DNA of 64,000 bases, taken from NCBI RefSeq assembly GCF_011386835.1, contig NC_088791.1, positions 132,184,001 through 132,248,000 on the forward strand, in the 5' to 3' direction. Source of the stretch: Chrysemys picta bellii (taxonomy: Eukaryota). The notes under the pieces were generated by a model that did no database searches, had not been told where the DNA came from, and saw only the letters and a list, made by a program, of their open reading frames with translations. Both the position numbers and the translations under genes were made by a program. Numbering within the stretch: the first letter of the stretch is position 1; each line of letters begins with the position of its first letter. Positions 48,575 to 58,544 of this stretch are shown in pieces.

Positions 48575-48813
48575 AGAGAGACAAGATGGGTGAGGTAATA
48601 TCTTTTCTTGGAACAACTTCTATTGCTGAAAGAGACAAGCTTTTGAGCTTACACAGAGCTTCTTCACGTCTAACAAAGCCAGACTTGAAGAAGAGCTCTG
48701 TGTAAGATTGAAAGCTTGTCTCTCTCTCCAACAAAAGGTGGTTCTATAAAAGATATTACCTCACCCACCTTGTCTTTCTAATGTCCTGGGACCAACATAG
48801 CTACAACCCTGCA
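48575..48813. mobile_element. Penelope-derived inverted-repeat element with 16-bp flanking duplication
   Basis: gagagacaagatgggtgaggtaatatctttt...gagctcttc and its inverse gaagagctc...aaagatattacctcacccaccttgtc. gacagcaatataacaa occurs on both sides. Confidence 0.75.
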
Positions 48814-50984
48814 GACAGCAATATAACAATGCATATGCACACATAAACTACTCCACTAGGAGCCTGTTCACCTAGGTGTCATTCTAACTCATATTCCCAT
48901 TGCTCTCCCAACAGGACTCATTTCCCTGTGTTTTAACACATAGCAGATGGGTTCACCTACAGTTTTTCCACAGTAACAGCCGCTATCCCTGGTGCCTAGA
49001 ACTCTTCCCCCCCCCCCCCCTTATTACTGGAGTGCCCATTCATCCTCCCCCAGCAGTGCTGGAGTCTCCACCCTGCCCACTCCCATTGAAGGTGTCCATC
49101 TTCTTTCCTCCAGGCCTGAGAGATACCATAAGCAGGCCAGAGCCAACCAGGTATTGAGTATCAGAGGTGCTGAGAGCATCAGATCATGAAAGAAAAATAA
49201 TTATATTGGTATAAAAAAATTATTTAGAAAGTAATTACTAAGAAAAGAGTGGATTTTTTTAAACAGGAATTTATTTTAAAGCGATCACAGAACAGCTGTC
49301 TTCACAAATTCACCCAGACCACGAAATGAAGGCGTTTAGGACAGATTTTCAAAGGCACACTTAGGGTATGTCTACACAACACACAGAAGTGAGCCTCCCA
49401 GGCCGGGTCGACAGCCCACTCAATCCCTAGGCTTCAGAGTCCCAGCCTGATCTGCAAAGTCAAAGCAATGTCTACACAGCTATTGCCCCCTAGCCCAAGG
49501 CTGACAACCCAGGATGGGAGGCTCACTTCTGTAGGCTGTGTAAACGTATTTAGGTGCCTAATTCCCAGTGGAAGTCAATGGGAAGTAGGCCAGGATCAAA
49601 ATGTCATATAATCTTTTAAAAATCTCCCCCTTCATCTTATATGTAGGCAAACAGTGCAATGAGGAATTTTATCTTGTATCAAGGCAAACAGTAAAATGAA
49701 GACATTAACTATTGGCATGTGAAATCTCCTCTGAACATTCTATTAGGTTTTTTGTTGTTGTTTTAAAAGACAGACAACACAAAAGAATTAATCTTTTGAC
49801 CAAGTGAAGTTATAAACAAAAAAGAAAGAAAAATAAGTCATGTTTAAAGATAGTCAGAATTTTTTGAGCAAATTTATATCAAAGTTATTTTTTCAAATAT
49901 TCTTTTGAAATATTACATTTAAAAAATTCAAAGCAAACATTAAATAAAAAGTGTAACCTGTTGGTAACCTGTTGGTTGCTCTTCGAAGTATTTTTCCCAC
50001 AGTTTGTTTTGTTTTTATTGAAATGCCAGGTTTTATTGGTCAGCTCAGACACATGGTGATATTATAACAAAATCAAAACTTTCATTTTTGAAAGTATCCC
50101 AATTCAAAGCTGAAAAATGTTGCTTAGAAAAATATTCTGAGAAAAAAAATCAGAACATGAAAAAGTCGAACTGTTGTGAAACACAAGACAGAACGCACTT
50201 TCAACTATGCCCAAAGTTTCTAACTATTTTTTTCCTATTTTTGACCCATTTTAATCATATTGCCCTCAGCCACAGTCCAGATGGTTTGCTTTTGGTGTTT
50301 AATGAAGTGTTTTGGTGTTTGCTTTTGGCATTAATGAAGCAGAAAGTACCTACATTACAATTTCATTTGCCCTACGCGGAAGTAAGTCATACAAAATAAC
50401 TTTATTAAACACAACCCTGTGTCCAAGTGACTTCACATGATCAAACCCCAAGGATACATCATCCTTTGTTACTGAATGACAGAAGAGTGATATGAAGGGA
50501 GCCTTTTGCACTTATTGGTCAAGACACTTCTCCTAGAAGAACACAGGAAGAGGGCCAATCGATATCCTCCATGTGGTATCATCAACAAGAGCCACTACAC
50601 ATGGACACTCATTATTTCTCTCTTTTCTTAAGTCCTCAATGTTAATACACCAAGATGAAGTGAAGCTCCACTGGTGCTTCAGTGTGACAGCTCCCACCAC
50701 AAACCATAACTGGAGCTGAGACACGGACACCTGAACAGTCCATTTTCAATGTTAATTAATCAGAGTGTTGCCTGCCATATTTCCCTCCAAATATGAGATA
50801 AGAAAGGCAAGGCACACAAGAAAGATGTCAGTCCCTTAGTACGTTAATTCATGCAGTGGGGTAGGGGAGGGCCATAACCCTTAAACTCTATCGTCCTCTT
50901 ACCCACTTGGTCCTTAGTTTTCTTTTAAAGAAAGTTGAATAGAACTAAACACCATCAAATCTTGATTAACCAAGACTCAGTTAC

Positions 50985-51001
50985 CTGTAAAACTCACTTA
51001 T
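50985..51001 (-). pseudogene. Candidate 17-nt TRIM micro-exon (phase 0-2)
   Basis: tttttcttcttcag|ATAAGTGAGTTTTACAG|gtaact, strong splice sites. Its position and phase match the short exon that follows the coiled-coil exon in TRIM genes. Confidence 0.4.
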
Positions 51002-52920
51002 CTGAAGAAGAAAAAGGTAATGCATCCCCAACATGTATTAATTTCATTGAACTTTCCCTTGATTATTCAGATTAAACAATTGCCCTATTGTGACTAGATA
51101 TTCAGAATGGTTTACCATGGAACACCTAGTCCATCCTAATTCTGCCTCATCAGTTATGGGATAGCAGCCCCCATCTAAAGTCTGCCTCTCTGGAGAAAAG
51201 TTAATACAACAAAGAAGAATTTTGCACCCAGTTTGTACCTTGTCATTCTCTTGTTTCCTTAAGATCTATTTCATTCTATTGGTTGAATGTTGACTTTATG
51301 TTTCACTGGGCTAAACAAAGAGAAGATAAGACATCTACAAGCATTTGAAGTGTTCAGGGCTGTCCAAAGGGGGAGCTGCTGTAGGAGAAGCAAGATGACA
51401 GAGTCTGTAAGACAGTGGGGCCCAATTCACCAGCCAGGGCACTCAATATGGCTCCCAACAGCAGCAGCATTTCAGAGGTGGGTTTATTTAATCCAATATA
51501 AATTAAAAAGACTAGATTATTTCCAGAAACCCACCTGCTCCAATTTAAGTCTCTCTCCTAAATTAACTCCTTTATCCCCACCCTTCAGCTGGGTTAGAGA
51601 GTTGAGGCCCCAGATCCTCTTCTCCCTCCCTGGGGTGGCTGAAAAGGCTTTCCTGTACCTTCCAGGGTCTCAACAGATTAATATGATAAATCTGCTTTTG
51701 CTTAATAGATAAATCTGCTTTTTGTCCAAGCGATACATTTCATAATCTACTGGCCCCACCTGACAGAGTAATATAAGGCATTCTTAAACCAATTTAACAG
51801 TATTCACACAAGTTACACTGGTGCACTTTCTGTGTGTAGACCAGGCCTGAGAAGAGACAGGAATTACTGTAAGTGAACTTTACTTAAAAGGCTAAACTGG
51901 GAGCTGGTTTAGGGGTTCCCATTCAATTTTTTCAGTGCAATGATGACTGAAACCCAGCTGCCTGCAGCAGAAGCATCTGGACAAGGGGAGCTGGAGCTGG
52001 GGATAGGATGGATCGGATGTCCCGTAGGCATCTGGTCAGGGGGTGGGCAGAGGGGGAAGGGGAGGAGGAAAGGGTGTTACCAGTTTTGGCTGCCTTTCAG
52101 TAAAAGCTAGTAAGATTTTAATAATGATAAATAACAACAAAGATATACATAAATTGGGGAGAAGGGAGTTTTTCCCCTTTTCTCCTCTGTTATATGTTAT
52201 ATTCAGTGCTTAATTTGTAATGAAAGAGGTGCCGGGGCCCGAGCAATTTTTTTACATTCATAACTGATGCAGCAAGCTTAGAGGTGCCGGGGCTCAGCCT
52301 TGGCACAAATTAAGCACTGGTTATATTGGAACAAATCCAAAGCCACATAGCTCTTCACAGCTGTCACTTTGCTACTGCACTCCATGGTCACTTGGAATTT
52401 CCTGGTGGCTGCAAGGGTAAAACCCATTCTCTTGCTTCGAAAGCAAAAGCTCCTATCACCTGAGTGAAAGGACACTCTCCATTATCTGTTAGCTGTGTAA
52501 AACACACGGTCAGGCAGTTTCAGTCCCAACCAGTAGTGGAGCAGTAGGACACATGCACAAGGATCCTCCTTCCCTGAGTCCCAATCACCTGTTTTCTACC
52601 AAACTGAAAGTCATAGTGTAGGTGAATATGATGTATTGAAGGGTGAATGGGTTGCTGGTATGTGTGCAGATAGATGAGAGGTGTAGATGTGTCTGTGGGA
52701 TGTGGACAGTAGGGCTGCCAGTGTTCCAGGTTTTCCCAGGATCGTCCCTTTTCTGAGGTAGCTGTCCTGGGAAATCTGGTCAGTGATCAGGGTAAGGGTG
52801 GTCAGTACACACTGCCAGCTGTCCAACTTTATGGGCTCGCAAACATCCTGGACATGCTGGGTTTTCATACCTCAGGGGTGGCAACCCTAGTGGATAGGAA
52901 TGTGAGTTTGAGATCCTCAC

Positions 52921-53154
52921 CTTGAAAAATGTGGTAAGATCTTGTTCTTGCAATCTGGCTTCTCCTTCAGAAACGGACTCCTGCCCAGAGATCAGTTCCG
53001 CTCTGATGCTGCTCAGATTTACTACCTTGTCTCTGAGGAAGGCCTCGTCCTCCTGTCTCAGTTGTCAGAGGGACACCTGTTCTCTCTCCCTCAATAACTG
53101 GTGGAGTTTGGCAGACTCACAGATGACCTGCTGGAGGTTCATCGCAACTGAGTC
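52921..53154 (-). pseudogene. TRIM coiled-coil exon (TRIM69/XNF7-like), 234 nt, with an in-frame stop
   Basis: ccatctcccag|gac ... aag|gtgagg (phase 0-0). DSVAMNLQQVICESAKLHQLLREREQVSL*QLRQEDEAFLRDKVVNLSSIRAELISGQESVSEGEARLQEQDLTTFFK. TGA at 53065-53067. Confidence 0.75.
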
Positions 53155-53517
53155 CTGGGAGATGGCAAAACAGACTGAAAACACCTGTTTATTTCACACC
53201 GTGAAAACAAATAATGTAAAAGTCACAATTTTCTAATAGATTATTTTACACACACCATACTTTCTGTTGCTTAGCTGAAGAAACAGACTCAAGGTTTCTT
53301 CTGATTTTATAAATTCGTATTCATTACCCATGATAATAATAAAAAGGGTAGCTCAGAATTGCCAGCTCTTCTGACTTTATTGAAAGTCTCATTTTTTTGT
53401 TTGTTTGTTTTTAATATTTCTTATGCTCTCCCATTTCCTGGCAGCAGAAGTGCAAATTGCAAACATTTCCCTTATCCCACCATTCCCCATGCTTACAATG
53501 GGGCTAAAGCTATAGGC

Positions 53518-53648
53518 TAGGGTAACCAGATGCTCCGATATTATCAGGACTGTCCCAGTATAGGGGGCTTTGTTTATACAGGCTACCTATTACCCTCCCC
53601 CAATACACCTGTGTCACGATTTTTCACACTTGCTATGTGGTCACCCTA
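53518..53648. mobile_element. Short MITE (tagggtgaccagatgtccc family)
   Basis: Ends tagggtaaccaga ... tgtggtcacccta. Confidence 0.75.
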
Positions 53649-53854
53649 CTACAGGCTGACCTTAGTAAAGATGACCACGATGTTACTCCAGTCTTTGTAT
53701 TTATATGTGAGTCTGTCCCTGCTAAAGATGGCTATCTTCTGTTGTTTCTAATGGTACATCCCAGGCTGCCCTCAGGAAAAATGGCCACCTCATGGGTCCT
53801 TGCTGGTTAATAGATAGAAAACGGTAGAGACAGGGAATGTAGGGGCAGTAGTTT

Positions 53855-53995
53855 CATAAAGTTTAAGGCCAAAAGGGACCATCCGATCATCTAGTCTGAC
53901 TTCCTGTAAATTCACAAGCCATTGCATTTCCCCCAGATACCTCTATGTTGAGCTCAATTACTTTAGTTAGATTAAAGAATTTTAGTCCTTGGCAG
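53855..53995 (-). mobile_element. CR1 3' fragment
   Basis: cataaagtttaaggccaaaagggaccatccgatcatctagtctgacttcctg is a reverse-complemented CR1 tail. Confidence 0.65.
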
Positions 53996-54819
53996 AGTGA
54001 GGAGGGTGTGGTGTCAGAGAAAGAAGGTAAGAGTTGGTGTAAATAGAAAATAAAGATAGTCTTTAGTTGTGTTCATCCCAAGCATGGTGTGCTGGGTGGG
54101 GTCTCTGTCATCTCTACAGGTGTGACAGAGGGATTTGTGTGCAGAAGGAGACTGAGGAGGATGGGAATATGGGGTATAAGAGGAAGATTGGGGGATAGAA
54201 GAATGTGGGGTGCAGAAGGAGGCTGAACTGGTCCGGGGCATGTAGGGTGCAGAACGACACTAGGTGTTAAAGGGAATGTGGGATGCAGAAATTGATTAAG
54301 GCAACAGGGAAATATGGGGTGTGGGAGAGAGACTGAAGAATTGCAAAAGGGAAATGGAGTGGTGCATGGGAGTAGGGATGGCAGAGAATGAGTTGTGAGA
54401 GTAGGAGACAGTGAGGGAAAGGGGAGGGAAAATATGGAGGCAGGTGAATGTAGGGAATACATGGGGGACAGGAGACTGGGGCAGCATGAGGGGAAGAATG
54501 AGAATGGGGCAGGAAACTGGAAGGGGTGGGGGAGGGAGACAGGATAGCAGGGTTGCCAACTCTAATATTTTCATCAGTCCCGTGATGGTTAAATATTTTT
54601 TATTCCCTCCCCCCCCAATCTTATGAGAAGTTTCTGACAGCTTGGGACTTCTGGCTGTGCTGTAACAGATGCTGAAGTTCTAACTTCAGCCATTAGATGC
54701 CGGTGCTGGGAGTCCGAGCTGCAGGTGTTGGGCTGCAGCCCCGGCTGCTACTAGCAGAGATTGCTGTGCCACTTGCCACCTGTGCAAAATGGTGAAGCAG
54801 CAACTTGTGGGGAAGGACG

Positions 54820-55083
54820 AGGTTGGCCAGATGTCCTGATTTTATAGGAACAGTCCCAATATTTAGGGCTTTTTCCTATATAGGTGCCTATTACCCACCA
54901 CCCCCTGTCCCAATTTTTCACACTTGCTATTTGGTTACCCTAGTCAGGGTTAGGGTGACCAGATGTCCCGATTTTATAGGGACAGTCCCGATTTTGGGGT
55001 CTTTTTCTTATATAGGCTCCTATTACCCGCCACCCCCGTCTCGATTTTTCACATTTGCCGTCCGGTCACACTAGTCAGGGTTA
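54820..55083. repeat. Tandem pair of the same short MITE, each copy followed by gtcagggtta
   Basis: Copies at about 54820-54942 and 54951-55073: ccagatgtcc(t/c)gattttatagg(a/g)acagtccc...cacacttgc/acatttgc...ggt(t/c)ac(c/a)cta. Confidence 0.85.
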
Positions 55084-55899
55084 CTAGAAAGACTGCGGGG
55101 CAGGGAGCTGGCTCAGGGTCAGCAGCTTGTACCTGCCCCCTCATTCCCCGCTTACTGCTGCAGTGTGGTGAAGAACAAGGTTTAGCAATTGAGGGGAATG
55201 AAGGAGAGAGAAGGGACCCAGGAGTGTATGCACCTCTCCAACCTGCAGCGAGTCAGCTCCAGCCCAGTTGTGCTTGTCTCCTTCCACCTCTTCGGCTGCT
55301 GGACTAAAAGGGCACAGACAGTGTCCTGAGAGGCACAGCCCAGAGTGTAAGGGGATGGAGCTGGCCCGTGATTGTTTTGAGGAGGGAGAAGGCAGGGGAC
55401 GGTGGGAGGCTGTGTACATTGGAAGGAAAGGCTTGAGCAGGAGGCCGGGCCAGGGAAAGGAGCTGGCAGTGTCTCTCTTGGCAGAGAGAGCTACTCAGGG
55501 GACAACATCTAAGGAAAGATACCTGGCTAGGGGCCAGTGTCCAGGCAAGAAAGAGAGCAGCAGAGAGGCGGGGGAGAGCTAGTGAAAGTTCCCTGGACAG
55601 GAGCAGAGGAGAGGCTTGGGAAGAATGCACAGGGACATAGGTGCTGGAACTAGGGGTGCCCCTGCACCCCCTGGCGTGAAGTGGTTTCCATCACATACAG
55701 AGTTTACTGTTTGTATAGTGGGGTTGCTGAGAGCCATTGAATCAAACCGTTCCAGCTCCCGGGCACAGGGATGCATTGGTCAGACATGAAAGGGAGACTG
55801 CCCCCCTTCTCTCCAGTGTATTTTCGGTAGAATTCTGGTGATTTTCCTGAACTGCCCACAAACAAAAGATTGATTCCCCCTCCGTGATCAAACAAACCC

Positions 55900-56680
55900 C
55901 GTGCAAATGTGACTTTTTTTCCTTTAAAATCTCGACTTCAAAAAATGCAGCCGGTGTCCCCGGGTTGCCAATCGCGCTCGCCTCTCGCCTGGGGATGTAA
56001 GGGTTACAACCATAGAGCACAGCCCTCACCCATTGCCTACTGAGAAGCAGGAAGTATTTACAGGCAGGGGGACAGGACGGGGGAGGTTGGCGGACTTCAG
56101 AAATAAGGGACTTCCTATTCCCAGCAGTCCATTACCCTGGAGCCTGTTGTTTGCTCTCCTTGGGGCTGGGGGAGCATCTAGTAGCCAAAGTGCCTGAACC
56201 CCTGCTTCCAATGATCCCTCCCCCGCCCTTGCCAGAGAGCATAAGGGAATAAAATACACCTCTGTGCTGCCAGTGGGAGAGGTGAGTCAGGGATGGGGGA
56301 GCCTACCATAATGGGAGAGGGTGGAAATGCAGCTCCAGGGGAGGGGTGGGGGAGAGAAAACAACAGCTGAGAGGCAAGAAATTGCTGCCCGTGAGGCTGG
56401 GCTATGATGACTGAGAAAGGAAAGAAAAACCAGCCAGCTCCGAGACAGCACACGGGGGTTTGTGCGGCTACAACCCGGCAGAGTCCCCTTCCGCTGTCAC
56501 AAAGGCTGGGGCTAAATAGCGGCATGTGGGTTGCCCGAGAGTCCCCTGGGGGATTTGTTCTTGTTGTAGCCCCAAATGCTGTCAGTTAACTGTCTGCGGG
56601 AGAGAGGTAATTGGGGAGGCAGGGGAGAGGGCTAAATGCTGGTTTGGTGTATGTCCCTCTGGTAGGTGCCTTTCCCTGCA
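55900..56680 (+). promoter_or_regulatory. CpG-enriched candidate promoter and 5' exons of the + strand 9-finger gene
   Basis: CpG cluster (ccggtgtccccgggttgccaatcgcgctcgcc) with a CCAAT box, and + donors gat|gtaagg (55997) and ctg|gtaggt (~56661). Confidence 0.35.
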
Positions 56681-57540
56681 GATCACTGCTAAACTCGATT
56701 GTTTTTATTGGTCTAGGAACGCTGATGTGAGGATCCCAAGATTCAGCCCCCTCCGCTTTTTCTGTGTCTCTTCCTCCTCTCTCTGTTTCTGCTCTGTGCC
56801 CTCAGCACATCTTGCTCCCGTTTTTTATTGTCTCTGTCTCATCTCTCTACCCTCACCTCCCTCATCTTTGTCTTCACTATTCTGCTTCTTCTCTTCCTTT
56901 TCCCTTCCTCACTTCCCTCGTCTTAAAATCGTTATGAGGACAGGCTCAGTGCTTTGTGCAAGTGAAAGGGTGTCGAGGGGGACCGAACACATCCCATGAT
57001 ACCAGTGAGTGGTGAATTGGGATTTATGAACGGGGGAACTGTGGGAGCCAGTGTACAGTGTCCATGAAGGGAATTCTTTCCCATTCTTCTCAGAGCAGGA
57101 GATAAGAGATGTCAGGGAAGGCTGCTTCCAGTGTAGCTGCCTAAACACATTGTTTGCAGTCAAGGTGTCTGCTTCATGAGCCTGGATTCTGTGGGACTGA
57201 TACTTCTCTCACTTAGGCCAGTGTAAATCCAGGGCAACTCAGATTAAATCACTGGAATGACACTGGTGTAAATTAGAACAGAATCAGGCTCTTGCCCTCT
57301 TTCTCTGAGGGTCTGGGCTACTGGAGGAAATATGTGGGGAATGGAAGAGAGAGAGTGTAGGACAGTCACAGATGCAGATCAGGACTGAGGTGTGGTGCCA
57401 GAGCTCTGAGTCTATAGGAATAGCAAGGGGAGGCATAGGTCAGAAATGAAATGCTTTGGCAGAGCAGTGAAGAGAGGGAGAGCCCAGGACTGGAACAGCA
57501 GAGGGTGCTGTATGTCTGGATTCTCATTCTGTTCCAGCAG

Positions 57541-58544
57541 GTGATGGGAACATGAATGAAAATGAGGAGGAGGATCCTCAGCAGGAAGGTCCCAAGCCAG
57601 TGGAAGCCCCTGGGACATTATCAGACTTTTTCATAAGGGAAGCTTTTCCGAGTTCTGACCAGGACAAAGCCTGTGAGAGGCAGGAGATACATTCTCCAGA
57701 GGAGAGACAGGAAAAACCTATTCGTTGTGAAAGAGGCTTCAGGAAACGCAAAGACACTATCGTTCACCAGAAAACTCTCCTGGGCGAGAAGCCTTACATC
57801 TGTATTGAATGTGGGCAGAGCTTCAACCGGAGCTCGGACCTTATCCGCCATCAGCGGATCCACACTGGCGAGAAACCCTATGTGTGCACCGAGTGCGGGA
57901 AAAGCTTCAGCCGGCGCTCGCACCTTATCCAGCACCAGAGAATCCACACGGGGGAGAGACCCTACCAATGCAAAGACTGTGGGAAGAGCTTCAGCCAGAG
58001 CACGCATCTCGTGCAGCACCAAAGGAACCACACCGGAGAGAGGCCCTATGTGTGTGCAAAATGTGGGAGGAACTTCTACCAGAACTCGGGGCTCATCAGA
58101 CATGCCAACTTCCACACGGGTGAGAAGCCCTACAAATGCCCCGAGTGTGGGAAATGCTTCAGTGACAGCTCCAACCTCATCGCGCACCAGCGGCTGCACA
58201 CAGGGGAGAAGCCCTACAAGTGCACGGACTGTGACAAATGTTTCAGTGAGAGCTCTAAGCTGATCATCCACCGCCGGACCCACACAGGAGAGAAGCCCTA
58301 CATGTGTCCTGAGTGCGGGAAGAGCTTCAGCCAGAGATCTCACCTTGTCCAGCACCGCAGGACGCACACAGGAGAGAAACCCTACAAGTGCTCCGAGTGT
58401 GGGACGAGCTTCAGCGACAACTCCACCCTGATCCGGCACCGCAGGACGCACACTGGGGAGAAGCCCTTCAAATGTGCGCAGTGTGGGAAGAGCTTCAGCC
58501 GCAACTCATACTTAGTGTCGCATCAGAGAGTGCACGTATGGTAG
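57541..58544 (+). CDS. C2H2 zinc-finger terminal exon, 9 tandem fingers (330 aa from ATG 57552)
   Basis: Acceptor ttctgttccagcag|gtgat (phase 1), an acidic [12 protein letters not shown] linker typical of KRAB-ZNF terminal exons, and nine intact CxxC...HxxxH fingers with TGE(K/R)P linkers. Helix -1/2/3/6 residues: RSDR, RSHQ, QTHQ, QSGR, DSNA, ESKI, QSHQ, DSTR, RSYS. Confidence 0.95.

Noticed and set aside
48850-50730. Possible decayed TRIM linker (GPLPVFF*EK, ~50510-50560) and PRY-SPRY start (APLILN, acceptor at 49169)
   Set aside because: The resemblance to TRIM69-type GP.QY..W and PLTLD motifs is weak, the phases do not join cleanly, and no SPRY core motifs are recoverable by eye.
54030-54540. 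Purine-rich stretch with recurring gggaatgtggg; similar tracts at ~21850-22150 and ~26930-27170
   Set aside because: Low-complexity intronic GA-rich sequence. The Pro/Ser-rich antisense ORFs are compositional artefacts.
57621-58451. 276-aa - strand ORF and alternative-frame ORFs over the 9-finger exon
   Set aside because: Typical antisense and frameshift shadows of repetitive C2H2 codons.
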